Positions 24,688 to 36,148 of a DNA stretch of 64,000 nucleotides are shown here, piece by piece. Below the pieces are notes generated by a model that searched no databases, was not told where the DNA came from, and was given only the letters and a program-made list of their open reading frames with translations. The translations under genes and the position numbers were made by a program. The first letter of the stretch is position 1. Each line of letters opens with the position of its first letter. This DNA is from Centroscyllium fabricii (taxonomy: Eukaryota): positions 506,230,001-506,294,000 of the forward strand of contig JBNRSN020000003.1 of assembly GCA_051313645.2 (NCBI GenBank), in the 5' to 3' direction.

Positions 24688-25769
24688 GGGGCAGACTTTG
24701 TGGTCGGTGGTGTACCTACAGAGTACGCCGCCGGAATCCGAATAGAATCCGAACTCACCTGATGAAGACCCTCCTTCGTAAACTTGCTCTCTGGTGCTGT
24801 GTGCTCAAGGGCAGCGTAGTGGCCCACGGATCCCAGCGTGTGCGAAAACGTACCTGGGATCACGTGGGTCTCGTGCTCCAATCAATGCACCAAAGGGAAA
24901 GTGTCTACCTCCAATACTGGTAACATTCTTTATATTGCATTTCAGTCAATGTTATATTTTTACAGAATTATCTGCAATTAGATGTATTTTCAGAATAATT
25001 AGAAGGGCTGGGAGAATAAATAGTTCCAAAATGACCCTCACACACACAAAACATTATGTGGAGGTGCCGGTGTTGGACTGGGGTGGACAAATGCAAGAAG
25101 TCACACAACACCAGGTTATAGTCCAACAGTTTTATTTTAAAATAAAACTGTTGGACTATAACCTGGTGTTGTGAGACTTCTTACACAAAACATTATTTGG
25201 GAATTAATTCTTAAATCTAATTTAGGAATTAGAGTTCTGATAAGTCGTTCAAGCTCTATGAAATTTCATATAAATACATCTATAAGAAGCGGAAATATCT
25301 GGCAGTATTAACATGGACAGGTGATAAAAATATAAATACAACAGAGCCCAAACAAAGATCTGAAAAATCTGTACATTAATCATTGGAGGTGTTCCGGACA
25401 GGTTTCCAATTATTATTATATTAGGGATGGGCAACTAGCAACGCCCAGATTCCATAGGCGAATATTTATTTTTTTTAAATCACGTTCCGGAGCTAATAGA
25501 TTGAGTAACTGTCTCTATCTAATCCCCTTATGCTGAAGTAAACAAGCCCTGCACCTCTTTGCATCAGCCGTAAAATGTTCATACGTAATTGCTGGGCAGT
25601 TGGTGGGCAAGTAGCCCAACTCTCCGCCAGCAATTGGGATTTTCAAGGTAGACTTGTAACTTGACAAATCGCAAGTTCAGGATTTAATCCCGAACTTGCG
25701 GTCCATTTCAAAAGGCGGTATGACAGCATACTCAGAGTACAACCTCATACCCACCGCAAATTCTAGCCC
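24688..25769. mobile_element. Older non-autonomous DNA transposon
   Basis: Imperfect TIRs GGGGCAGACTTTGTGGT / ACCGCAAATTCTAGCCC. Confidence 0.55.
25058..25182. mobile_element. Fold-back Penelope family A mini-insertion
   Basis: Near-perfect palindrome centred on TTTTAAAA (25135-25142); 14-bp TSD ACACAAAACATTAT. Confidence 0.8.
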
Positions 25770-26009
25770 ATTATTTTAACCCTTGTAGCTCATTAATAAA
25801 GTCAAAATTGGAATGTGGAAACTGGGCACCTCATCTTCAGGCAAGAAGAGCACCAGGATGATTTGGGAACACAAAACAGAGTTAAAATAGGCTGACAGAG
25901 CTGAACTTATTCTCACTAGAGAAAAGATTGTTGGGGGACATTGTACTAGTCTTTAAAATGCTGGAAAGGAGAGATAATTTGAATGGAAGGTGGCTATTTA
26001 TACCCCGAA

Positions 26010-26525
26010 TCCGGAACTCTTATCCATGCCTTCCAGACTCCCATATGCCTCTCCATAAACTTCAGCTCACCCAAAAGTATGCTGACCACATCCTATCCTG
26101 CACCAAGTCCCACGCACCCAGCACCCCTGTGCTCGCTGACCTATATTGGCTCCCAGTCCCCCAATGCCTAAATTTAAAAATGTTCCTCATGTTTAAACTC
26201 CTTCATGGCCTCATCCCTCCCTATCTCCGAAACCTTCTCCAGCCCTATAACCCTCTGGGTTCCTTCAATTTTGGCATCTTGTGTATCCACCATTCCCTAT
26301 ACGACATCACTCCAGCCATGCCTTAAGCCATCTCGGCTTTACTCTGTGGAATTCTCTGCCTAAACGATTCCACTGCTCCCCCTTTATGACCCTCCTTGAA
26401 ACCCACTTCTCTGGCCAAGCTTTGACCAAATATCTCCTTCTTTGGCTTGGCTGATTATGCTTATGTGAAACAGCTTGGGACATTTTTCTATGTTAAAGGT
26501 GCTTTATAAATGAAAGTTGTTGTTG
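26010..26525 (+). mobile_element. L2 LINE 3' fragment
   Basis: PVLADLYWLPVPQCLNLK..LHGLIPPYL and an L2 3' end (..tataaatgaaagttgttgttg). Confidence 0.7.
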
Positions 26526-27104
26526 ACGTAGAAGTCGAGTTCAAATCTGACAAGTTTCTGCTCAGTGCAGTAGATAGGAAGAATATAAGTTGCTGGTCCA
26601 TAAAAATGATTTAACACTTTTAAAAAATAATTTTGTGCACAGGGTGTAGCCAACATTGGCAGTGCCACATTTACTGCCCATCCTTAGTCGTTCTGAGAAG
26701 GTGCTGGGTGGGCTTCTCCTTAAACCATTGCAGTCTGTGAGACTGAAGGTGCTCCCTCAATGTAGGGAAGTCTAGGATTCTGACCCAGTGCTGATGAAGA
26801 AATGGCGATATATGTCCAAGTCAGCGGTGTGTGACTTGGGAGGGGAACCTTCAGGCAATGGCATTTCTAGAATATTGATGCTCTTGTCCTTCTCAGTGGT
26901 GAAAGCTGTGGGGCTCGCAGGTTCAGTCAAAATAACTCTTTTAAACAGTGCCTATGAATACTTGGTTGTAAAATTAATTGATGGTTCAGGGCAGGCATGG
27001 CAGTCAATGGGATGCTATGGACACAGCGTTATTCTGACCATAGGAATGTAATGAGATGAATGCAACAAATGTGTATGTTGCATTCATCTCATTACATTCC
27101 TATG

Positions 27105-27702
27105 GTCAGATTGGGTGACCGCTTCGCGGAACACCTCCGTTCAGTCCATAAGGGGGACCCTGAGCTCCCAGTGGCCTGTCACTTTAACTCTCCACTCCAC
27201 TCCCATTCAGACCTCACTGTCTGTGGCCTGCTGCATTGTTCCACGGAAGCCCAGCGTAAACTCGAGGAACAGCACCTCATCTTTCGCTTCGGCACTCTAC
27301 AGCCCTCTGGACTAAACATAGAGTTCAACAATTTTAGATCATAACCTCGGCCCCCACTACACTTTTTTCAGATATATATTTTCTCTCTTTTTTCAATCCA
27401 CACTTTCGTCTGGGCTTTTGTCTTTACTATGCTAAAGCTGTTCACACCTATTCGGAGTCATCCTGTGTTTCTTCAATTTCTCCGCATATCTCTTATCTCC
27501 CCGCCTTCTAGTCCCCCTATCCCCAGCCCCCACAAGCTTTAAAATCTATCTCCCCTCCTGGCCTCTAGTTTTGAAAAAAGGTCATCGACCTGAAACGTCA
27601 ACTCTGCTCTTCTCTCCACCGATGCTGCCTGGCCTGCTGAGTTTCTCCAGCGTTTTCTGTTGTTATTTCAGATTTCCAGCATCCGCAGTATTTTGCTATC
27701 GT
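27105..27702 (+). mobile_element. Penelope family B 3' fragment
   Basis: RLGDRFAEHLRSV..PVACHFN..QRKLEEQHLIFRFGTLQPSGLNIEF, then a pLTR with a degenerate hammerhead. Confidence 0.85.
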
Positions 27703-28140
27703 AAATGTGTATATTTAATGTTCGATTGATTATCATGGGGTTTTTAAACTTATCACCTTTGGAGGACACGGGCAGGTAGAAATTTCACCTCACTTAAAGT
27801 CATTGATGGTGCAAACTGTACAGTAACATGGTCCATTAGAAGGCCAAGTGTGATTGGTTAACTGGACTTTTATTGTTCCAACTTCCTTATCTATGACCGT
27901 ACTTTATCGATATTGAAAATGCAGAAATGACAGCTTCTTCTAGTCCTGCCCAATGGCTGATCAAACGGAGCACCAATTTTACAGTTACAAATTTTATTAA
28001 AATAAAGGGCAGTCATTTTTTGGATAAGCATTTGAGGTTAAGGCCACAAGGTGTACGCAAGGGCTTATCCTGGAGTATTCCTTCAATTAATATGTCAATT
28101 GATGCATATTATCTTGTTTGTGCACTGACACAGAACCAGA

Positions 28141-29014
28141 GGGGGGGATTTTCGGAGGGCTGTGAGGGCGGGTTTCCGGCGGGGCGGGGGGGGGGGTAAA
28201 ATCGCAATTTCGGCGGGCGGGAAGCCACCCCGCCGGATCCCCGCCCATTTGCAATTTTCCTCGGGCGGGTTTTGCCGCCCCGAATGTTTCCCGCCGGCCG
28301 CGATGCACAATGAGCTCATTGAGGGCCCTTAATTGGATGGGTAATCCTATTTTAAGGGCCCTCAGCTATTTTCACCCTCTTCCCACACAAAACCCACCTG
28401 GTGGGAAACCCGCCATTGAAAGGTGGCGGGCACCCAATCGGCTGGGTGACTGCCACCTTCAAGGCATGGGTACAGTAGGCACACAGCAGCTTGCTAGCCT
28501 CCACCATGCTGGAAAAATGCAGTGCCCCAAAAAGTTTAAATCACCTTCATCTGCATCCCAGCCATTGAGATCGCACTGTGGAGCTGTGTCTGTGAGGCAA
28601 GCACCCAGGGGATCAGTTTCTGTTTACATTCCATTGAAACCACAAACAAACAATGAACCACTTGAAGTGTTTGCTTTGCGATTTCAATGTTTCCTTAGAC
28701 TCGGACATCACAAAGGCTATGTCAACATGGAAAGAAAGGAACCACTTGAGAACTGTCAATCAGGCTTAGTGGTTTCTTACTACTGAAACTCTTCAGGCCT
28801 GTCAATCAGCAGCCCGCCCCCATTCAATCTGTGAATGGACCGCGCAGCCTTCCAGACTCAAAAGTGTGTATTGGAAATGGAGCAAACTGACGGGGATTTA
28901 ATTGGCCACTTGAGGCAAAATTGTTCGGGCCTCCCAGGTCCTTGGGCGGGCGCGACAGAAAGCTGACCCGCCCAAAACCCGACAGCTTCCCACACCTTTT
29001 TAAAAATCCCCCCC
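28141..29014 (-). mobile_element. Harbinger-like non-autonomous element related to family M
   Basis: TIR GGGGGGGATTTT..AAAATCCCCCCC; shares the doubled (T)AAGGGCCCTT motif. Confidence 0.7.
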
Positions 29015-29580
29015 ATTGTCTGGGTCTGAACATTGGGACACCACATTGGTGAAACAACCTAATTTATATTACAAGAGATGGGGTGTCTAACGTTTGCTCA
29101 ATTGCACATGTGGCAACTTGCAGTTTGTTGACACATATACAATTAATTTGCCTCACTTCTTTCAACTCTATTACACCAAGAGAAGCCTATTCACGCACAA
29201 GTCCTGTTAAACCCATTTACAGGAGGGCGTGGGTGTAAAGTTTAACAAAAAAAAGAGTAGACGAGAGTTGTAAATAAATGGTAAGATTTCTCCTGGTAGC
29301 ACCATTAGTTCATGTGTAAGGATTTCCTCCATCCTGTATTTCAAGGGAAATAATAAACACATTCTTTTACAACAACTCTACAACTTTGCTGGCAATAGCA
29401 TAAACAAGAAATATTTATTTATGATGTTCCTATGCTTAGTAATCAAATAAATCCTTCTCCCAAGGTTGACAAGACTGGTGGCAAGCAGATGACGACCAAA
29501 AGGTAGGCCTTTTTGCACACCTCGGATTGTAAATAGGCCAAAAAGAAAAAAAATGCATGGAGGAGATTATTAAAGACTAT

Positions 29581-30375
29581 GGGGGTATTTTCCTGGAGGT
29601 GCGGGAACCTGGCGGGGATTGGTCGGGGTGGGTTCCTGTCCCGCCCGCCCAAGGACCTGGGAAGCGGACACAATTTTTGTTTAATTGATCAATTAAATCC
29701 CTGCATGTGGGGTGCCCCTGCAAATTGCAGCAGTCGAGTCGCCAATTCCGGGGCTCAAGTGGCATTGCAGGAGGTTTTCAGACAGCTGCGGGAACTGTGT
29801 GTATACAGTCCCCATGGAAACACTCCACTGTGACATCACAGTGGAGTGGAACCAATGGGAAAGGCCAAGTGCTGTTGAGTGACAGGTGAGCGGGCGGGCT
29901 CCAAATTTTTGACAGCTAGGTGCCGGCTGTCAGCAAATCTGGGACAGCATGATTTCTAAGTTTTTGGCAACAGCTGGTCTTGACCCAAGGGAGTGACTTA
30001 CTCCTCCAGGGTGTTGAAGACCTGGGAAGCATTTTGTTGTAGGTCCTTCAACACCTTGAAGGAGAAAGTTAGGAAGGCCACTGTGCTCCCGCTGGGTTTC
30101 ACCAGCGGGGTTTTAGGATGGCAGGGTTAGGGTGGGAAGGGGGTGAAAATTGCTAAGGGCCCTTAAAATGGCATTACAGATGCCTATTAAGGGCCCTTAA
30201 TGAGCTGAACAACCATCCCCACTGGCGGGAAAGATTCGGGGCGGGGAGACAGGGCGGCGGAAAACACAAAAGCAATGGGGATCCGGCGGGGTGGGGGGGG
30301 GGGGGGGGGGGTTCCGCTATTTTGCTGTCCGACCCACCGAAAATCCCACCTCACGGGGACTTGAAAATTTTGGCC
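29581..30375 (+). mobile_element. Family M copy 2
   Basis: Colinear with 22011-22788. Confidence 0.8.
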
Positions 30376-30494
30376 TGAGTGTATGAGTTGTCAGTCAGAG
30401 TTGGATTCAATCAGGGCAACGCACCAGATATCCCAATCAAACTCTTTAAACAGGATCTCTTCGATCCCAGTTCGTAAAACAGGCTCTGTAATTA

Positions 30495-31690
30495 AAACAG
30501 AAAACGTTCGAAATACTCAGCAGGTCAGGTAGTATCTGTGGAGCGAAACAAATTTAGCATATCAGGTCGATGACCTTTCATCAGAACTGGAAAAAGTTAG
30601 AGCTAGAACAGGTTTTAAGCATGTACAGAGGCAGGGAAAGAAAGAACTAAGGGGAAGGACTGTGATAGGGTGGAAGGCAGGAGAGATTAAATGACAAAAG
30701 GGATGATGGTGCAAGGTGAAAAGGGAATGGTAATGGGACAAGTAAAGAAACAAAAAGATGGTTCTAGATGAGCTGTAAATGGGAACAGCAGAATCATTGC
30801 CAACAGCTGCTGGCTGAAAAAAATGGGGGCAGTGGTTATGATCTGAAATTGTTGAACTCAAAGTTGAGTCTGGAAGACTCTAAAGTGCCTAATCGAAAGG
30901 TGAGGTGCTGCTCCTCGAACTTATCTTGAGCTTCATTGGAACAGTGTAGGAGGCCAAGGACAGAGAGGTCATTGGGAGAGTGGGGCGGAGAATTAAAATG
31001 ACGGACGACTGGAAACTCGGAGTCACGTCTGCGAACTGAAGAGGTGTGTTGCAAAGCGGTCACCCAATCTGCGTTTGGTCTCCCCAGTGCAAAGGAAGAA
31101 GCAGAGAGCCCTCAGGACGTCTTGGTGGGAGATGGAGGTGTAGAGGGATTAGATGTCCATGGTGAAAAGGAGACGGATAGAGCCAGGAAACTGGAAACTG
31201 TGGTGGAGGGCGTTGGAAGAGTCGCCGACGTAGGTGAGAAGAGACTGGACAAGGGGAGGGAAAAAAAGTCGAAACAGGGGGAAATGATGAGTCTACCAGG
31301 GCAGTCCTGTTTGCGGATCTTGGGAAGGAGATAGATGCGGGCTATGCGGGGTTGGGGTGCTATGAGGTTGGAGGTCGTGGAGGGAAGACCTCCAGAGGAG
31401 ATGGAAATGAGATCAGTGACAGGCTGGGAAATGATGGCTTGATGTTCGGTGGTGGAGTCATGGACCAGGGGGAGGTAGGAGGAGATGGCTGTTCAGCCAC
31501 CGCACGGTAGAGGTCAGTTCGCCAAACAACAACAGCACCACCCTTATCAGCAGGTTTAATGAAAATGTTGGGGTTGAAATTGAGACAACGGAGTGCTGCA
31601 AGTTCAGAGGGAGGTAGGCTAGAGTGAGTGAGCGGAGTAGAAAATTTGAGATGGCCAAAGTCACGTCAGCAGTTCCCAATGAAAAGATCT
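30495..31690 (-). mobile_element. Penelope family B fragment
   Basis: PVVRHFNSP..KFEEQHLTFRLGTL; pLTR with CTGATGA-AAGGTC-atc-GACCT-GA(T)A. Confidence 0.75.
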
Positions 31691-32580
31691 AGAAATACTT
31701 GCTGTTTATGTGGAGTATGTGCCAATGTAGCTGCTTGAGAAGAGGGGAATGACCAGAGAACCATGGAGGTTTATAGCACAGAGGCGGCCATTCACCTCAC
31801 TGTATCTCTGCTGGCTCTTTGCCATTACAGATGCATTTTAATTGGCTGGTTTTCTCTCATTTCCATTTGGCAAAACTATGTTCAATAAAATTCAATAAAA
31901 AAATCTTTAAATCCAGTGTTTAGGAAAAAAATAAACAGAGAACCTTGCAATGGGACTGTGAGTCATTTGTGCATAGCTGAAAGAAAATGGGTCTCAGGTC
32001 AGATTATTTCAGCACCCTACTCAATAACAACTTAATTTTAACCTTACAATTTCTTCCCTTTAAACAGTTGCTAATCCACACATGATACCTACTGATCTCA
32101 GTCTGCCAAGTAATCTCTTGGGCAGTACCTTTATCAAAAGCTTTTAGACACACTACATCATTTGGCTTCTTGTGCCACCCCACTCCACCTCCATGTTAAA
32201 AACCGTCTATGTGGTTAATGGGCCAAAAGTTATCCCATCTGAACTAGTGCTGCCTGTTGTTTATTAGGTTATTTTCCAGACAGGCACATTTCCATTCTAC
32301 TTCCATTAGTTATCCAATTATTAAGGCCTGGCCAGTGGGGTGGTAGTTGTCAGATGTTGCCTTTCTTGAAAATGGAAATGACGTTTGTCCATTTCCGATC
32401 AGGCAGAATATCCCAGTGTTGATAGCGACTCCCTCAACATAACGATCAGTAATTTGCAATGCTTGTGTCTCCCAAGTACCCCGAGGTATAGTTGATCAAT
32501 CCAAAGGGATTTATTGGCTTTTAGCCGTCTGAGCCCACTGGAACCTTTGTTTTGCTAATGCCACAGTCCCAAATAGCACA

Positions 32581-33363
32581 CATTTTCATGTCCCCGTGAG
32601 GCGGGGTTTTGGGCAGCTGGGAGGTGAAAATAGCAAATTTTTGGGTCCCGCCCCAGCCCGCCGGATCCCCGCCGGTTTTGCATTTTTGGACGGCCTCTTT
32701 CCCTGCCCCGAATCTTTCCCGCCGGCAGCCGGCAGGGATGGTTGTCAAGGTCCTTAAGGGCCCTTAATTGGCATCTGTAATGCTATTTTAAGGGCCCTTA
32801 GCAATTTTCAACTGTTTCCCACCCATACCCCGCCACGCTAAACCCCGCTGGGTGAAACCCAGCAGGAGCACAGCACTGTTCATTACTTTCTCCTTCAAGG
32901 TGGTGAAGGACATGCTGCAAAATGCTTGCCATTCCTCCAGCACCTGAGAGGAGTAAGTCACTCCGTGGTGGGTGCACTAGCTGTGGGCAAAAACTGAGAA
33001 ATCTCAGCTTTGTATATTTCCTCACAGCCGGTGCCGAGCTGTCAAGAATTCGGAGCCTGCCCGCCCACCTGTCAGTCACCAGCACTTGACCTTTCCCATT
33101 GGTTCCACTCGACTGTGATATCACAGTGGAGTGTTTCCATGGGAACTGTCAACAACCAGTGCTGGAACTGTCAATCAAACTGCTCGATCCCCGCTGGAGC
33201 CCCGACTCGATTGAGTCAATTACCACTGGCTGCCGCAGGCGGGGATTTAATAAATCAATTAAATGAAAATTGCGTGGGGTTCCCAGGTCTTTGCCCAGGT
33301 GGGACAGGAACCCGCCCCAACCAACCCCCGCCAGGTTCCCGCACTTCCGGCAAAATCCCCCCC
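32581..33363 (-). mobile_element. Family M copy 3
   Basis: Reverse complement of the copies at 22011 and 29581. Confidence 0.8.
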
Positions 33364-33618
33364 AGTGGGTTTGATGGTATAATGTCATTTTCCTCATTGG
33401 TAAGTGCTTCCAAACAGCAGTATTTAACATGTTTACTATCTCCTGTACATTCCCATTTACTATGGATTCCATAAGGTTTTGATTTCCTTTCAGACTACCC
33501 ACATGAAATTAGTTTTTTGGGGGCAAAAAAATGGAATCTTCTGCTCAATACCTTTCCGGTTCTTCTTTGTGTCCATCGTTTATTTTCTAACCGATCTCTG
33601 TATAAATCTCAGAGTAGT

Positions 33619-34026
33619 AACATAGAAACATAGACATAGAAACATAGAAACTAGGAGCAGGAGGAGGCCATTGAACCCTTCGAGCCTGATCCGCCATTCA
33701 ATGAGATCCTGGCTGATCATCCAAACCCAGCACCCCGCCCCTGCCCTCTCCCCATATCCCTCGATACCCACCAAGCCACATCCCACCTTATACCCGCAAC
33801 CCCACAAATTCAATCCCCCCAACACTAAGGGTCAATTTATCCTGGCCAATTAACCTAACCTGCACATCTTTGGACTGTGGGAGGAAACCGGAGCACCCGG
33901 AGGAAACTCACGCAGACACGGGGAGAATGTGCAAACTCCACAGAGATAGTACCCGAGGCTGGATTTGAACCCGGGTCTCCAGTGCGGTGATGCAACAGTG
34001 CTAACCACTATGCCACCGTGCCGCCC
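33619..34026 (-). mobile_element. HE1-type V-SINE (tRNA head, V domain, CR1-derived tail)
   Basis: A box TGGCATAGTGG, B box GGTTCAAATCC, V domain TGTGGAGTTTGCACATTCTCCCCGTGTCTGCG, and a 3' tail shared with CR1 ending (TTCTATGT)n. Confidence 0.88.
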
Positions 34027-34437
34027 ACCATGCCGTTTCCTTTCTCTACAAGTTCTTTTCCCCCTTAATTCTCCATTTGATCCATTTCAACACATTCATT
34101 TCAACCCTTTCTGTACTTTGGTATGTACTTTTCCTACATGTCCACACAATTTTCAAAGGACATCCATTTATACTCAAGTGATCTATCCTTGAATAGTGCC
34201 AGTCTACATTATCTGGGGCTCATACTCTTGTCAAACGGAGATTGAGTTACATGCCTGCACTGTTTCCCCAAGTGAGGTTAAATATTGGTGTACCATGGTC
34301 TTCATCCCCTCGCAGTTCAAATACTTCTACTCCGTGAATAGTGTCTGGGTCATTCTCAACAACCAAGTCAAGAGCCACATCTCATGAGCTCTCTGATTCA
34401 CTAATTTAGGAAGCAGTCATAAACTACATTGATGAGC

Positions 34438-36146
34438 TGTAAGGTCGCAATATTCCCTGTTAAATTAGATCCACAAAGACAAGAAACGAAGGATGGAGTA
34501 TACACATTTTATTTTATTTGGACAATGGCAGACAAGACAGGCTGCGGCCTGATCAGAGAAAAGGGGCCTCCAAGATGGCCGCCGGACCACATGGCACAGT
34601 ACAAACCGAAACCAAAAACCCAACTCGAAAAGCCCGCGAAGAAACCAGACATAAAGGCGCTGTTAAACCTGGAAATAAATAGCCTGCCTTTTAGAGGCCG
34701 ATTAGCCCGACAAAGAAATGCACCCAGTTTAAATAATCACCCAAAACAACTGCAGAAACGAAGCAGCTGGTCCGTTCAGCCAGCTACAGAAATTGTATAC
34801 CCTTCCAGCAGAAAGCGATTAGCACCCTTGAAAACAAAGGGGCTCTAACCTGAGAAGTTAGAGCCACCATCAAACTATTACCGGCAGACTTGGCTAGACA
34901 AAAGGAGTGCAGTAACCGCTTTCCACACACAATACAGGCTCTAATGGGAAAGACATTAGGCAGTTCGACTGTGGGGTATAACTGGTAGCACATTTCTAGA
35001 ATTCTCTCTCTTCATCTCGGACTCCCTGGAGGAGGGGGGTTTGACTCTCTTGTAACAGACTCTCTTGTAAAATCGCTTCTCATCGGTGAGCTCTTGGAGA
35101 AGGCTCTTGGATTTCTCTCTTTCGACTCGTGGAGGCGACCTCTTGAAGCGGTGAGGTCTAGCAGTGACTTTGGGTGGGCTGTCTTTCTCGAAGACTCCAG
35201 TTCAGCTTTCTGGGTGCAGGGCAAGCAAGGTGAAGGCTCTGGCAGGACAGCAGAGTTGGGTCAGGGCAGTATCGCATCGGAAAACCATTGCCGGTGAGGT
35301 AGTTTAGTTGCTGAGGCCCATTAGCGAAGCAAATATTCAAAGTGAGTGAGTTAGAAAAGGCTGGTTGCAGTTGCATTCGAAGAGTGGGAGAACAATTAAG
35401 CTAGCAGCCCGTTACAGTTCGGCTTGAGAGGGCAGGATCAGCATACCCCAGGGTCCGGTTCAGCCAGGGAGACGGTGCGGTTGGTGTGAGAAGGTAGAGC
35501 AGCCTCGAGGAACCCGTCCGGGACCAGCCCGAGCAGGAGCGACCGCCGCCCAAAGGGAGAAAACAACAAGTGGACTCCCGAATCTTCCACAGCCACGTGA
35601 CGACCGACGCTGCAGCCGAGGAGACGAGGGACTTCGTAGCAGAACCCGAGTATTACCGAGTGGTGAGCATGTGCATTGATCCTACACACCTGGACATAGC
35701 TAGGCAATAGAGGGAAGGGTGGTTCGTTTGGGGTGTAATTTTAGAGTCATTGCCCCGATTTACGATGTGTCGTGCGTTCCCCATCCTATGAGTTGTTTGT
35801 GTATGTGCATATGTATATATATCTATTTGGGAACAATTGTTGGTGTTCCATACTGTGTTGACCCGAGAAAACACCATCTAACTGCTGTAAATATATCTCT
35901 TGGTGTAATAAAAACCTTCCTACTTTACAAACTTTTATTCGAGTCAATAGTCTGAGTCCAATCGGCGTCCATCTCGTCTCTCTCTCTTCTCCTGCACCTA
36001 AGTCCAGCGTCTAGAACCGTAAAGAGTGAGCGATTCGAACCGCTCGCGGGGGAGGAGGTTATTGCGCGAGGCCTAGCGGACTGCTAGCGCAAGGCAATAA
36101 CCTACCCCAAGTCGTACAATAAAACATACGGCGCACGCTCCTTACA
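34438..36146 (+). repeat. 5' LTR (1709 bp)
   Basis: Direct repeat of 40580-42288; three differences seen by eye; AATAAA at 35907-35912. Confidence 0.95.
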
Positions 36147-36148
36147 GA

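Noticed and set aside
33940-34026. tRNA gene
   Set aside because: The A and B boxes belong to the SINE head; no full cloverleaf.
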